Assembly: GCA_963718915.1 (NCBI GenBank)
Contig: CAVRAI010000013.1
Span: 210,001-242,000, forward strand
Direction: 5' to 3'
Length of the DNA: 32,000 nt
DNA from: an uncultured Chloroflexia bacterium
GTDB taxonomy: Bacteria; Chloroflexota; Ktedonobacteria; Ktedonobacterales; JADMIN01
A program made the translations under genes and the position numbers. Below the pieces are notes generated by a model. That model saw only the letters and a list, made by a program, of their open reading frames with translations, had not been told where the DNA came from and searched no databases. Position 1 is the first letter of the stretch; each line of letters starts with the position of its first letter. Shown one piece after another: positions 7,584 through 15,962 of this stretch.

Positions 7584-8261
7584 CTAGTCCTCGACGACGA
7601 ACTGAAAGAATAGCGCTGACAACGTGACAAAAATGACATCAAACGCGATGAGCAATCCAGGCCACGGTGGGTCATTCACTATGGGATCCACCAGTGCTTG
7701 GGTCGCACGTACCGCGCCAATTACGACTGGAATTAACAGCGGGAATACCAGCAGCGGCAGCATAATCTCTCGCGCTCTGGTCGTGGACGCCACCGCCGCG
7801 AATAGCGTGCACATTGTGGCGATGCCGACCGTGCCCAGCACGACGATCACCAACAACTGCCCGCCGAGAATGGGCAGGTTATAGATGGCAGCGAAAAGTG
7901 GCACGGCAACGGCCTCGACAACTCCGAGAAAGATGAGATTGCCAATCAGCTTCGCCAGAAAGATAATCTGGCGATCCACTGGACAGAGCAACAGGCGATC
8001 CATTGCTCCGTGTTCCTGCTCGGCGGCAAATGTCCGGCCCAGTCCCAGCACGCTGGCGAAGACGAACGCAATCCACAAGGCGCCCGGAGCAACCGCCGCA
8101 TTATTTTCAACGCGTAAATCGAACGCGAAATAGAAGACGACCAGCACGAGCGCCGAGAAGAGCGCCATCCCTGCCCACACCTGGCGGGCGCGTAACTCGC
8201 TGCGCAAGTCCTTGCCGACGATTGACCACAGTTGTTGCCAACCCATCTGGAGCGAACTCAT
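7584..8261 (-). CDS. ccmB: Heme exporter permease CcmB
   Basis: Six-TM ABC-2-type permease placed between ccmA and ccmC. The N-terminus MSSLQMGWQQLWSIVGKDLRSELR is CcmB-like. The ATG at 8261 overlaps the ccmA stop (ATGA). Confidence 0.85.
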   Translation of the reverse strand: MSSLQMGWQQLWSIVGKDLRSELRARQVWAGMALFSALVLVVFYFAFDLRVENNAAVAPGALWIAFVFASVLGLGRTFAAEQEHGAMDRLLLCPVDRQIIFLAKLIGNLIFLGVVEAVAVPLFAAIYNLPILGGQLLVIVVLGTVGIATMCTLFAAVASTTRAREIMLPLLVFPLLIPVVIGAVRATQALVDPIVNDPPWPGLLIAFDVIFVTLSALFFQFVVED

Positions 8262-9037
8262 CGGCCGCTCCTTCCTGCGTTCGCGTAGAGCGCGCGTAAC
8301 TCTGGCAGTGTCACCTCGGCAGACACACCGGTATGCGCGACACGCCCATTGATCAGCACGACCACCATATCGCTCCACAGCAGCCCGCGTTCGAGTGTAT
8401 GCGTGGTCAGCAGAGTTGTTAGGCCTGACGCCTGTCGTTCCAAAATGAGTTCATGGAGCAGCATGATGGCGTCTTCATCCAGACCGGTGTCAGGCTCATC
8501 GAGCAATAACACCGACGGATCATGCAGAATACCCCGTGCCAGCGCTACACGCTGGGCCAGGCCACGCGAGAACGTTCCGACACGATCATTGGCGCGGCTA
8601 CGCATCCCCACACGCTCGAGCAGCGCCTCGACGCGCGACTCGGCCTCAGGCAAGCTATACATGCGCGCGAAGAAGAGCAAGTTTTCTCGGGCGGTCAATT
8701 CGTCGTAGAGAAGCGGAGCGTGGCCGACGTAGCCGACAAGCCGTCGCACCGTATGCGCCTCATGGAGTGCGTCATAGCCCGCGATGCTAATGGCGCCCTG
8801 CGCTGGCCGAGTGAGCGTCGCCAGAATCCGCAACAGCGTTGTCTTGCCCGCGCCATTTGGCCCAAGCACGGCTACACACTGACCCGCCGCTATCTCGAAT
8901 GAGATATCACGCAGAACGGGACGAAGGCCGTATGCCTTGCGCACGCGCGTAACTACCACCGCTGTCGCTTGATCCACAGGCATGCGCCCATCCATTTCAG
9001 CCGGACCAGCGAGCGCTGAGAGAGCCTCCGCATTCAT
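8258..9037 (-). CDS. ccmA: Heme exporter ATP-binding protein CcmA
   Basis: Walker A GPNGAGKTT, signature FSRGLAQRVALA (the LSGGQ position is degenerate, as is common in CcmA) and Walker B LLLDEP. The ATG at 9037 overlaps the upstream stop (ATGA). Alternative starts are at 8995 and 8983. Confidence 0.85.
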   Translation of the reverse strand: MNAEALSALAGPAEMDGRMPVDQATAVVVTRVRKAYGLRPVLRDISFEIAAGQCVAVLGPNGAGKTTLLRILATLTRPAQGAISIAGYDALHEAHTVRRLVGYVGHAPLLYDELTARENLLFFARMYSLPEAESRVEALLERVGMRSRANDRVGTFSRGLAQRVALARGILHDPSVLLLDEPDTGLDEDAIMLLHELILERQASGLTTLLTTHTLERGLLWSDMVVVLINGRVAHTGVSAEVTLPELRALYANAGRSGR

Positions 9038-10413
9038 CGCCGACCTCCGCTGCTCTGTTCCGGCGCTATCTCCTCGCGTATCGCATCGCCGGGTTGTTCG
9101 TCTGGCTCACCACCTGTGGCAGAAACCTGCCCGGTTCCAGCTATCATGCTCACATTGGCATTACCACCTGCGGCCGGTCGTTCGCTTGCCATCAACTCTC
9201 TAAGTTGCTGGCGGACCGCTCGGTCGCGCTGACGAAACTCGGCTTCGGTGAGTTTGCCAGCCGCATGGGCGCGTTCCAGAGAGAGCAATTCATTGAGCAG
9301 TCGCTGTTGTTCACCCGCCTCAATTTTGTTCGTTTCCGTCGACTGCGATGCCACCGCGACACCACTTGCTGGTTTGGCAGCTGGAATCAAGCCAAGGGCC
9401 GTGACGATATTGCCCCGGCGCAGATAGTACAGCAGCGCGGCCAGGGCCAGTAGCGCTAGAATGAGGGCGAAGAACGTGAGCGCGCGCGCATCCAGGTAGC
9501 TCTTTTCGCCCGCCTGTGGCAGTCCAGTTAATTGCAGCGTGACCTGTTTGTCCGCCGCCACGTTGCCAACCGCAAAGACCTGATAGTGCGAGCCAAGGCT
9601 ATCAATTTGTCCCTGCGCCGCAAAATCCCTGCCATGTACAACCATGTCCAGCGGCACGAGCACAACGACGCGGGTCGCGGAGTAGACGGGCTTCCACGAA
9701 ACATCAGCGGCCGTATCCGTATACGGGATATCAATGCTGAAAGCGAAATCTGTCGTCCCAGGCGGTACCGTCGCCGTCGAGCCGAACCCTTTATCGGTCG
9801 TTATCACCTGAGAACCGTCGAAACCGATGCCTAACGACAGATTTGAGGCATTCGGCGGCGTGGCAAAGAGCAGCAGCCGCATTGGCTTGCTGGCATCTCC
9901 AGTAACCGTGCCGACGAACGCTGTAGCGCCAGTGTTCTCTATCGCGACAATCTCGCCAATCCCGATCAGCCCATTAACTGGACGGGGTTGGCGCACCAGC
10001 AGTGTGGCAACGCTAACGCGCAGGTTAGCGTCATCATTGGTCGTGTCGTAGACCGTGAGTTGCAGCGCTGCCGCGGCATCACTATCCAGTTTCACCGCCT
10101 GACTTGAAAACAGACCACCCTGGAACGTTGTGTACGCCGCATACATGTCATTTGAATCAATAGGAAGGTTGCCAAAACTAAATCTGCCACCACCATCGGT
10201 AACAGTCGTCGCAATGTCCTGGGTAGAGGCGCCATCGGTACGCTGCAAGATGACTTTCTGGCCGACGAGGTGTGCATTCTGGTGTGTCCCATTCATTACA
10301 ACGCCAGTGATACTCGCGGTCGCCTCCGCATGTGCAGCAGCTACAGGCGCGAGCGAGATGAATGCGAAGGCTAGTATCAGACAACCAGGTATCGAGAAGA
10401 GGCGCCGCTTCAT
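9034..10413 (-). CDS. Secreted beta-rich protein (carboxypeptidase-regulatory-like fold) with a C-terminal TM anchor and a CcmI-like cytoplasmic helix
   Basis: Signal peptide MKRRLFSIPGCLILAFAFISLAPVAAAHA. ITGVVMNGT...GQKVILQ...TVTDGGGRFSFGNLP resembles a CarboxypepD_reg domain. TM helix LTFFALILALLALAALLYYL, then LERAHAAGKLTEAEFRQRDRAVRQQL. It overlaps both neighbouring genes by 4 nt. Confidence 0.7.
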   Translation of the reverse strand: MKRRLFSIPGCLILAFAFISLAPVAAAHAEATASITGVVMNGTHQNAHLVGQKVILQRTDGASTQDIATTVTDGGGRFSFGNLPIDSNDMYAAYTTFQGGLFSSQAVKLDSDAAAALQLTVYDTTNDDANLRVSVATLLVRQPRPVNGLIGIGEIVAIENTGATAFVGTVTGDASKPMRLLLFATPPNASNLSLGIGFDGSQVITTDKGFGSTATVPPGTTDFAFSIDIPYTDTAADVSWKPVYSATRVVVLVPLDMVVHGRDFAAQGQIDSLGSHYQVFAVGNVAADKQVTLQLTGLPQAGEKSYLDARALTFFALILALLALAALLYYLRRGNIVTALGLIPAAKPASGVAVASQSTETNKIEAGEQQRLLNELLSLERAHAAGKLTEAEFRQRDRAVRQQLRELMASERPAAGGNANVSMIAGTGQVSATGGEPDEQPGDAIREEIAPEQSSGGRR

Positions 10414-10901
10414 GGGCGACCTCCTCTCCGCCGTCGCGCCTGCGTGCCGCTTGCCAGACGTGCGCCATTATGAGTTACGGTATGGCTGTCCCGGACGGGC
10501 TCCATAGTCGACGACTTCTGTTTCTGTACCGCTTGCGAGGGAACATTGTCGGTGTTATCTACGCTGTCCATCGTACCCTCGTACTGCCGCAGCGCATCAA
10601 GCTGCTGTTCGATCAGGGCATCCAATTCTTGCTCGTGCAGATAACGCGCTTTGAGGGCAATCAGCGCCCGCTCCTCATAGCGCGCGCGCAACGCCTGATA
10701 GTCCTCGTCATCCAGATTGCCAAGCCGACGATCAAACTCGACTTCGCGTAGCGCATCGCGGGCTGACAGCTCGCGCTCGGCAACTTCGCCTAATGGGCCG
10801 CGAGCCAGCGTGTCCGTCGATTCCTGATCGAGGCCAAGCAACGGGTACATCACGACTAACAGCCCAGAAAGTCCCAGGAGCACAGCGATGAGTAATGGCA
10901 T
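10410..10901 (-). CDS. CcmI(CycH) N-terminal-like protein: single TM plus cytoplasmic helix, no TPR domain
   Basis: TM helix MPLLIAVLLGLSGLLVVMYPLLG followed by EVEFDRRLGNLDDEDYQALRARYEERAL, which resembles the CcmI N-terminal ELxxDxxxGxLxxxE motif. The start shares one nt with the ccmH stop (TGATG). Confidence 0.55.
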   Translation of the reverse strand: MPLLIAVLLGLSGLLVVMYPLLGLDQESTDTLARGPLGEVAERELSARDALREVEFDRRLGNLDDEDYQALRARYEERALIALKARYLHEQELDALIEQQLDALRQYEGTMDSVDNTDNVPSQAVQKQKSSTMEPVRDSHTVTHNGARLASGTQARRRRGGRP

Positions 10902-11470
10902 CAGCTGTCCTCCCTTCCGCCTAGCGGCAACCTTTCATCCGCCGCCACCTCCCGGCGCAGTAGCGCAGTCAAGGCCTGGCGTTCCTCGTCACTCAGCTTC
11001 GCATCGTCAATATCATCAGCGACACCATTGCTGTCTCCAGCGCCAGCGACTCTGGCTTGCCTCTGCCATTCACGCGCAAGCGTCACAACCGCGATGGCGC
11101 CCGCGATCAGCATTAGCACGGGCATGATCCAAATCAGCGATGTGAAACCCTGTTGTGACGGGCTTTCCAGAATATCGTCGCCATAGACATTGCTAAAATA
11201 CGCGAGTACCTGCTGCTCCGAGCGTCCCTCGGCCAATTGCTGCCGAATGACGGCACGCATCTCCGAGGCTTTCAGTGAAGGTGAATCGGCCACCGATTCG
11301 CCGTTACAGACCGGGCATTGAATTTGATGAGCCACTTCGAGCGTGCGTTCGTCAAGCGTCTTGGGCTGTGCTGCTGAGATGGCTGTGATCAGCCAGACCG
11401 CACCGATGAGCAATACAATCCCGACGGGAATGATGACGGTGGGGCGGCGAAGCATTGTACGAACCGTCAT
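10901..11470 (-). CDS. ccmH: Cytochrome c biogenesis thiol-redox protein CcmH/NrfF
   Basis: IQCPVCNGESVADSPSLKASEMRAVIRQQLAEGRSEQQVLAYFSNVYGDDIL aligns with the canonical LRCxxCQNQSxxDSNAxxAxDLR...G...YG pattern. The CXXC is intact. A second TM and a cytoplasmic tail follow. ATGA overlap with ccmF. Confidence 0.85.
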   Translation of the reverse strand: MTVRTMLRRPTVIIPVGIVLLIGAVWLITAISAAQPKTLDERTLEVAHQIQCPVCNGESVADSPSLKASEMRAVIRQQLAEGRSEQQVLAYFSNVYGDDILESPSQQGFTSLIWIMPVLMLIAGAIAVVTLAREWQRQARVAGAGDSNGVADDIDDAKLSDEERQALTALLRREVAADERLPLGGREDS

Positions 11471-13467
11471 ACAGCCACCTCCACGTTCTTTTCCGGCGGT
11501 TTAGTCTCGCTCAAGCGTCTTGGTGATACACGGCGGAGCGGCCACCAGCAGAGAATGCCGCCAAGTAGCATCAGCAGGCCTCCGAGCCAAACCAGCGGCA
11601 CCAATGGATTGATGAAGACGCGAATCGTCGCGGATGATGTGCCATCAAATCCGGCGAGGAAGACATAGAGATCGGTCAAGCCGTGATCCGTAATCGAAAC
11701 TATGCTTGTCGGCTGATCCTCAAATCCAGGGAATATCCGCTCGCCGGGATAGATGTCTTCGATAACGTCGCCATCACGACTCACCGTGAAGTGAGCTTTA
11801 ATCGTCTCGACGTTGTCAATCGTGACATCGGTGATACCCTGATAAGTAAGCGTATAGCCGTTGATTGTCAGGCTCTTCCCGCGCTCGACCAATCCGTCGC
11901 GCTCCGATTGGAAGAACTGCGAACCAATCACCCCAACCGCCAGCAAAATCAGCCCAAGATGCACGAGATAGCCGCCATAGCGCTGCCGGTGACGCGCCAC
12001 CAACATACCCATCGCTTTCGGATAGGACTCGCCATGATGATGACGCACCGATGTGCCTCGCCAGACCTCGAAAAAGATCGTGGCAGCTGAGAACGCGCAG
12101 ATGGCAAATCCCGCAACGGCCCAGAGTGAATGCATTCCCAGGATGGGCAGCGCGACCGCCACCACAGCCGCCACGAGCGCTGGCCAGCGGAAGTTACGTA
12201 CGATGCTCTCGCGCGACGCGCGACGCCACGCCAGTAGCGGCCCAACGCCCATCACAAAGATCAGCGCCAGGAATAGCGGTCCGTCCACCTGCTGATAGAA
12301 CGCGGTACCCACGGTCATCGTCTGCCCGCGCACGACTGACGAGAGTATGGGAAATATGGTACCCCAGAACGTTGCGAACGCGATTCCGGTGAGCAGCAGA
12401 TTGTTCGCCAGGAAGCTGCCCTCGCGTGAGACCACCGAATCAAACTCGTGTTCTGGGCGCAGACGTGGCAGGCGATAGATGAACAGCCCAATCGAGACGG
12501 CCAGCGCTATGGTAAGGAAGCCGAGAAAGTACGGGCCAATGTCTGAATAGGCGAACGAATGCACCGACTGGATGATGCCGCTACGCACCTCGAACGTGCC
12601 GAAGATTGCCAGCAGGAAAGTCAGCAGAATGAGTGAGAGATTCCAGACTTTCAGCGTGCCGCGCCGCTCCTGTATCATTGTTGAATGGAGAAAGGCCGTC
12701 GCCGTCAGCCAGGGAAGCAACGCCGCGTTCTCGACAGGGTCCCAACCCCAATAGCCGCCCCAACCCAGCACGTGATATGCCCACCACGCGCCGAGCAACA
12801 GGCCCGTCGTCTGGATGCACCAGGCCGCCAGAGTCCACCGCCGAATAGCGCGCAGCCAGTGCGAATCGAGCTGACCGGTAATGAGCGCGGCGATGGCAAA
12901 GGCAAACGGCAGTGACCAACTCATATAGCCCATCAGCAGCATCGGCGGGTGCACCAGCATGCCGGGATCCTGCAAGAGCGGGTTCAGCCCCTGGCCATCC
13001 ACCGGAACAATGGTGAGCCGGTCAAATGGCGAGGAGACAAAGTTGAGCACGATGAGCAGAAAACCCTCGATAGCCATCAATACGGTGACGACCCAGGGCA
13101 TCAACTGCGCTGGTGCGCGGCGATAGAGTACAACCGCCAGTGACGAGAAGATTGCTAGCATCAATCCCCAGTAGAGCAGCGATCCCTCCTGCCCACCGTA
13201 GAACGCCGCCGCGGTATAGTACCATGGCATCGCATTGCTGGAGTGCTCGGCAATGTAGCGAAGTCCGTAGTCGTGCTCCAGGAACGACGCAATTAGCGCA
13301 ATCGCAGCCGTCACCAGCAAGGCGGCGACCACCAGCACGGAGCGCCGCCCGCTGACAACCAGGGCCGGGCGTTTGAGCGCCGCGCCCAACACCGAGCTGG
13401 CGATGGCATAGAAAGTAAACACCAGCGCCAGCATTTGCGCGATCATGCCAAGATCAGAGAAATGCAC
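11467..13467 (-). CDS. ccmF: Cytochrome c heme lyase subunit CcmF
   Basis: WWD domain WGGYWGWDPVENAALLPWL, conserved His contexts AFLHS and SVHSFAYS, 666 aa with many TM helices. Confidence 0.92.
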   Translation of the reverse strand: MHFSDLGMIAQMLALVFTFYAIASSVLGAALKRPALVVSGRRSVLVVAALLVTAAIALIASFLEHDYGLRYIAEHSSNAMPWYYTAAAFYGGQEGSLLYWGLMLAIFSSLAVVLYRRAPAQLMPWVVTVLMAIEGFLLIVLNFVSSPFDRLTIVPVDGQGLNPLLQDPGMLVHPPMLLMGYMSWSLPFAFAIAALITGQLDSHWLRAIRRWTLAAWCIQTTGLLLGAWWAYHVLGWGGYWGWDPVENAALLPWLTATAFLHSTMIQERRGTLKVWNLSLILLTFLLAIFGTFEVRSGIIQSVHSFAYSDIGPYFLGFLTIALAVSIGLFIYRLPRLRPEHEFDSVVSREGSFLANNLLLTGIAFATFWGTIFPILSSVVRGQTMTVGTAFYQQVDGPLFLALIFVMGVGPLLAWRRASRESIVRNFRWPALVAAVVAVALPILGMHSLWAVAGFAICAFSAATIFFEVWRGTSVRHHHGESYPKAMGMLVARHRQRYGGYLVHLGLILLAVGVIGSQFFQSERDGLVERGKSLTINGYTLTYQGITDVTIDNVETIKAHFTVSRDGDVIEDIYPGERIFPGFEDQPTSIVSITDHGLTDLYVFLAGFDGTSSATIRVFINPLVPLVWLGGLLMLLGGILCWWPLRRVSPRRLSETKPPEKNVEVAV

Positions 13468-13497
13468 AGGCTCTCCTGCTCTGCGAACGCTTCTCCG

Positions 13498-13956
13498 CTA
13501 ATTCCCGGTGCTGCCCGGTGTCGCGGATTGGAACTTCGATGGACACTTTGCCAGCAGCGTCTGCGCCTGGAAAGCGCCGTTCTGGATATGGCCCTCGACA
13601 ACAACCGTCAAGCCAGGATTGAATGCGTCGGGAACGATACCACCGTAGACCACGGGCATGCTCAGTTTGCCGTCGGTCATCGTAAAGCGCAGCACCTGTG
13701 TCTGGTTATTGCGCTGAATCGTGCCAGTAGCCACCTGCCCCGCGACCCGCACCGTCTGGCTTGAGCAGGCGGCGCAATGTTGTAGTTCGCCAATTGTCAT
13801 ATAGTACTCAGCGGAGGCGCGAGTATTTGCCAGAACCAGATATAATACCGCTCCAGCAATCAGCAGCCCAGCAACGATGAAGCTCCAGCGCACTGTGCGG
13901 CGGCGAGTACGTCGCGGGCGTTGCGTCTTGATTGGCTCCGCTACATCTATCGTCAC
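13498..13956 (-). CDS. ccmE: Heme chaperone CcmE, variant with Cys in place of the heme-binding His
   Basis: N-terminal TM anchor, AEYYMTIGEL, GIVPDAFNPGLTVVVEG (compare GILPDLFREGQGVVVQG in E. coli), then LLAKCPSKF where the canonical sequence is LAKHDENY. Confidence 0.85.
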   Translation of the reverse strand: MTIDVAEPIKTQRPRRTRRRTVRWSFIVAGLLIAGAVLYLVLANTRASAEYYMTIGELQHCAACSSQTVRVAGQVATGTIQRNNQTQVLRFTMTDGKLSMPVVYGGIVPDAFNPGLTVVVEGHIQNGAFQAQTLLAKCPSKFQSATPGSTGN

Positions 13957-13996
13957 AGATCTGCCTCACTCTTCTTCTCAACGGCCGCTGCTGAAA

Positions 13997-14452
13997 TTAA
14001 CGCGCCAACTCCATCTCGTAGAGTATCGTCAATGCCGTGCCGAGCAAAAAGGTCAACACGCCAAGCGCCAGAATAACGCGCGGCGTTAGTCCCCACCATC
14101 GCCCGCGCTGCCTCGCCGGACGGCGCGCCTCCTGCGCCTGGAAAATCGCCAGCAGAAACATCGCCAGCGCCGCCAGCACCTTCACCACAAGAACAACCAG
14201 ATAGGCTGGTCCAATAGCAATCAGGCTCAGCCGATCAAAGATCAGGTACACGCCAGTAAGCAGCAGTGCACCGATGCAGATGTTGACCAACTGCCGGAAC
14301 AGCCGCGCTACCTGCGCGCTCACCTCTGGCGCGGGCCGCGACAGCCGAAACGCTGGACCAATCACCAACAGATAGATCACACTGCCACCGACCCAGATTC
14401 CACCTGCCAGCACGTGAATCGTGCGCATCAGAACTGTGAGCAATGGTGGCAT
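13997..14452 (-). CDS. Small 4-TM membrane protein, CopD-like
   Basis: The HVLAGGIWVGG motif in TM1 is reminiscent of the CopD family. 151 aa. The start lies 6 nt after the ccdA stop. Confidence 0.45.
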   Translation of the reverse strand: MPPLLTVLMRTIHVLAGGIWVGGSVIYLLVIGPAFRLSRPAPEVSAQVARLFRQLVNICIGALLLTGVYLIFDRLSLIAIGPAYLVVLVVKVLAALAMFLLAIFQAQEARRPARQRGRWWGLTPRVILALGVLTFLLGTALTILYEMELAR

Positions 14453-14458
14453 ACGTCA

Positions 14459-15229
14459 CTATCGCAGGAACGGCAGCGTGAACTGCTGCGCCCAGGTCGA
14501 GAAAAGCGCTACCTCCCCGGTCAGGTAGAGTATTCCGACGACGATAAGCACCCCGCCACTAATGAGCGAGATCGCATGGCCGTACCGCTTGACCCAGCCC
14601 AGCGCGAGCAACCCAGCCGACCAACCCAGCCCCACTGCGAGAAACGGTAGCGCAAATCCAACGGCATAGAACGTTAGCAAAATCGCGCCACCAGCGACAT
14701 TTGCCGATGCGCTCGCCAACGCCAGGATCACTGTAAGCACTGGACCGATGCACGGCGTCCAGCCTGCGGCAAAGACAATGCCCAGCGCGAACGGCGCCGC
14801 CAACCCCAGGCGATTTACCTTGTCAGGCCGCAGTTGCAGCCGCCCTTCGCGTAGCATCCAGTCAGTCAGCGCGCGCGGCAACAGCCCCAGCAGAAACGCT
14901 CCCATCACCACCATGACAATGCCAGCGACGGTCTGCATCACTGGCTGATACGCCGCCAGCACGCGCCCGAAGCTGCCTGCCAACAACCCCAACACGATGA
15001 ACGCGACAGAGAAGCCAGCGACAAAGATCAGGGTGGCCAACATGACGGGATTCAATCGGCGCGCACCGGCGCCAACCGCCACCTCGGATCCATCTGCTGA
15101 AACGACCGTTCCCGAGAGGAATCCGATGTAACCAGGTACAAGCGGCGCGACACACGGTGAAAAAAACGAGATGATACCCCCCGCGAAGGCAATCAACACC
15201 GCGCCGATGCTCACCTGTCCTATTTCCAC
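14459..15229 (-). CDS. ccdA: Cytochrome c biogenesis thiol:disulfide electron transporter CcdA (DsbD family)
   Basis: The two membrane-embedded Cys motifs FFSPCVAPLVPGY and AGWTPCIGPVL are present, with six or more TM helices. Confidence 0.88.
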   Translation of the reverse strand: MEIGQVSIGAVLIAFAGGIISFFSPCVAPLVPGYIGFLSGTVVSADGSEVAVGAGARRLNPVMLATLIFVAGFSVAFIVLGLLAGSFGRVLAAYQPVMQTVAGIVMVVMGAFLLGLLPRALTDWMLREGRLQLRPDKVNRLGLAAPFALGIVFAAGWTPCIGPVLTVILALASASANVAGGAILLTFYAVGFALPFLAVGLGWSAGLLALGWVKRYGHAISLISGGVLIVVGILYLTGEVALFSTWAQQFTLPFLR

Positions 15230-15253
15230 CGCGTGACCCCTATACTTGACCGA

Positions 15254-15892
15254 CTATTTCAGAATCTTGGCGACTCGTTGATCCAGGAAATTCTGGGTGA
15301 GCGCGCCATCGAACTTGTCAACGACGATACCACTGCTGTTGATGAATATCGTTTCAGGCACCGATGGTACCCCATATGAGATCGAAATCGCGCCTGACGT
15401 GTCTGGCCCAACCGGATAAGTGATGCCATGCTGCTGCATAAACTGCACAGCATTCGCCTGAATATCCTCATACGCGATGCCGACGAATACAACCCCCTGC
15501 GAGGCGTATTTCTGTGATGCAGCCTGCAGAATGGGAGCCTCCGCGACGCACGGATCACACCACGACGCCCAGAAGTTGAGCACCACAGGCTTCCCTCTGA
15601 GCTCCGCCATCTGGAGTTTCTGGCCCGTCTGCCCGTTCCACAACGTGATCGTGAAATTCGGCGCGGCATGTCCGATGATTGGCGATGTCCCGGTGCCGCT
15701 CACCGCCTGACTCGCGCTGAGCAGACGCACGAAGAGCAGCAGAAGCAGCGACGCTGAGAGGAGCGTTGTTACGATAAAGCCAGCGATTGCTCGGCGGCTC
15801 AGTCGAGGCGGCGTTCCTGTCGTATCTGCTGGCGACTGCGCTTCAACTGCTTCAGTCGCCTCGGTTACGTCCTTCATGCTGCTCCTCGCCAT
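15254..15892 (-). CDS. Membrane-anchored thioredoxin-like protein (ResA/CcmG/TlpA type)
   Basis: VVLNFWASWCDPCVAEAP (WCxxC) preceded by a TM anchor. I trimmed the start to the ATG at 15892, with AGGAG six nt upstream. Confidence 0.85.
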   Translation of the reverse strand: MARSSMKDVTEATEAVEAQSPADTTGTPPRLSRRAIAGFIVTTLLSASLLLLLFVRLLSASQAVSGTGTSPIIGHAAPNFTITLWNGQTGQKLQMAELRGKPVVLNFWASWCDPCVAEAPILQAASQKYASQGVVFVGIAYEDIQANAVQFMQQHGITYPVGPDTSGAISISYGVPSVPETIFINSSGIVVDKFDGALTQNFLDQRVAKILK

Positions 15893-15962
15893 ACTTAGCT
15901 CCTGCCTCTCTTGCGAACTACAGGACATGCGTTGTCACGCTCGAAAGAGGCAAGAACCCGCG

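Noticed and set aside
7574-7675. N-terminal extensions of the track ORFs for ccmC (to 7675), ccmB (to 8378), ctaC (to 18931), the thioredoxin-like gene (to 15928), ctaB (to 20637), the response regulator (from 25634) and the small protein (to 4307).
   Set aside because: The extensions overlap upstream genes or candidate promoters, and they encode Cys/Arg/Ser-rich non-homologous sequence. Internal starts have better RBSs or stop/start coupling, and they give family-typical N-termini.
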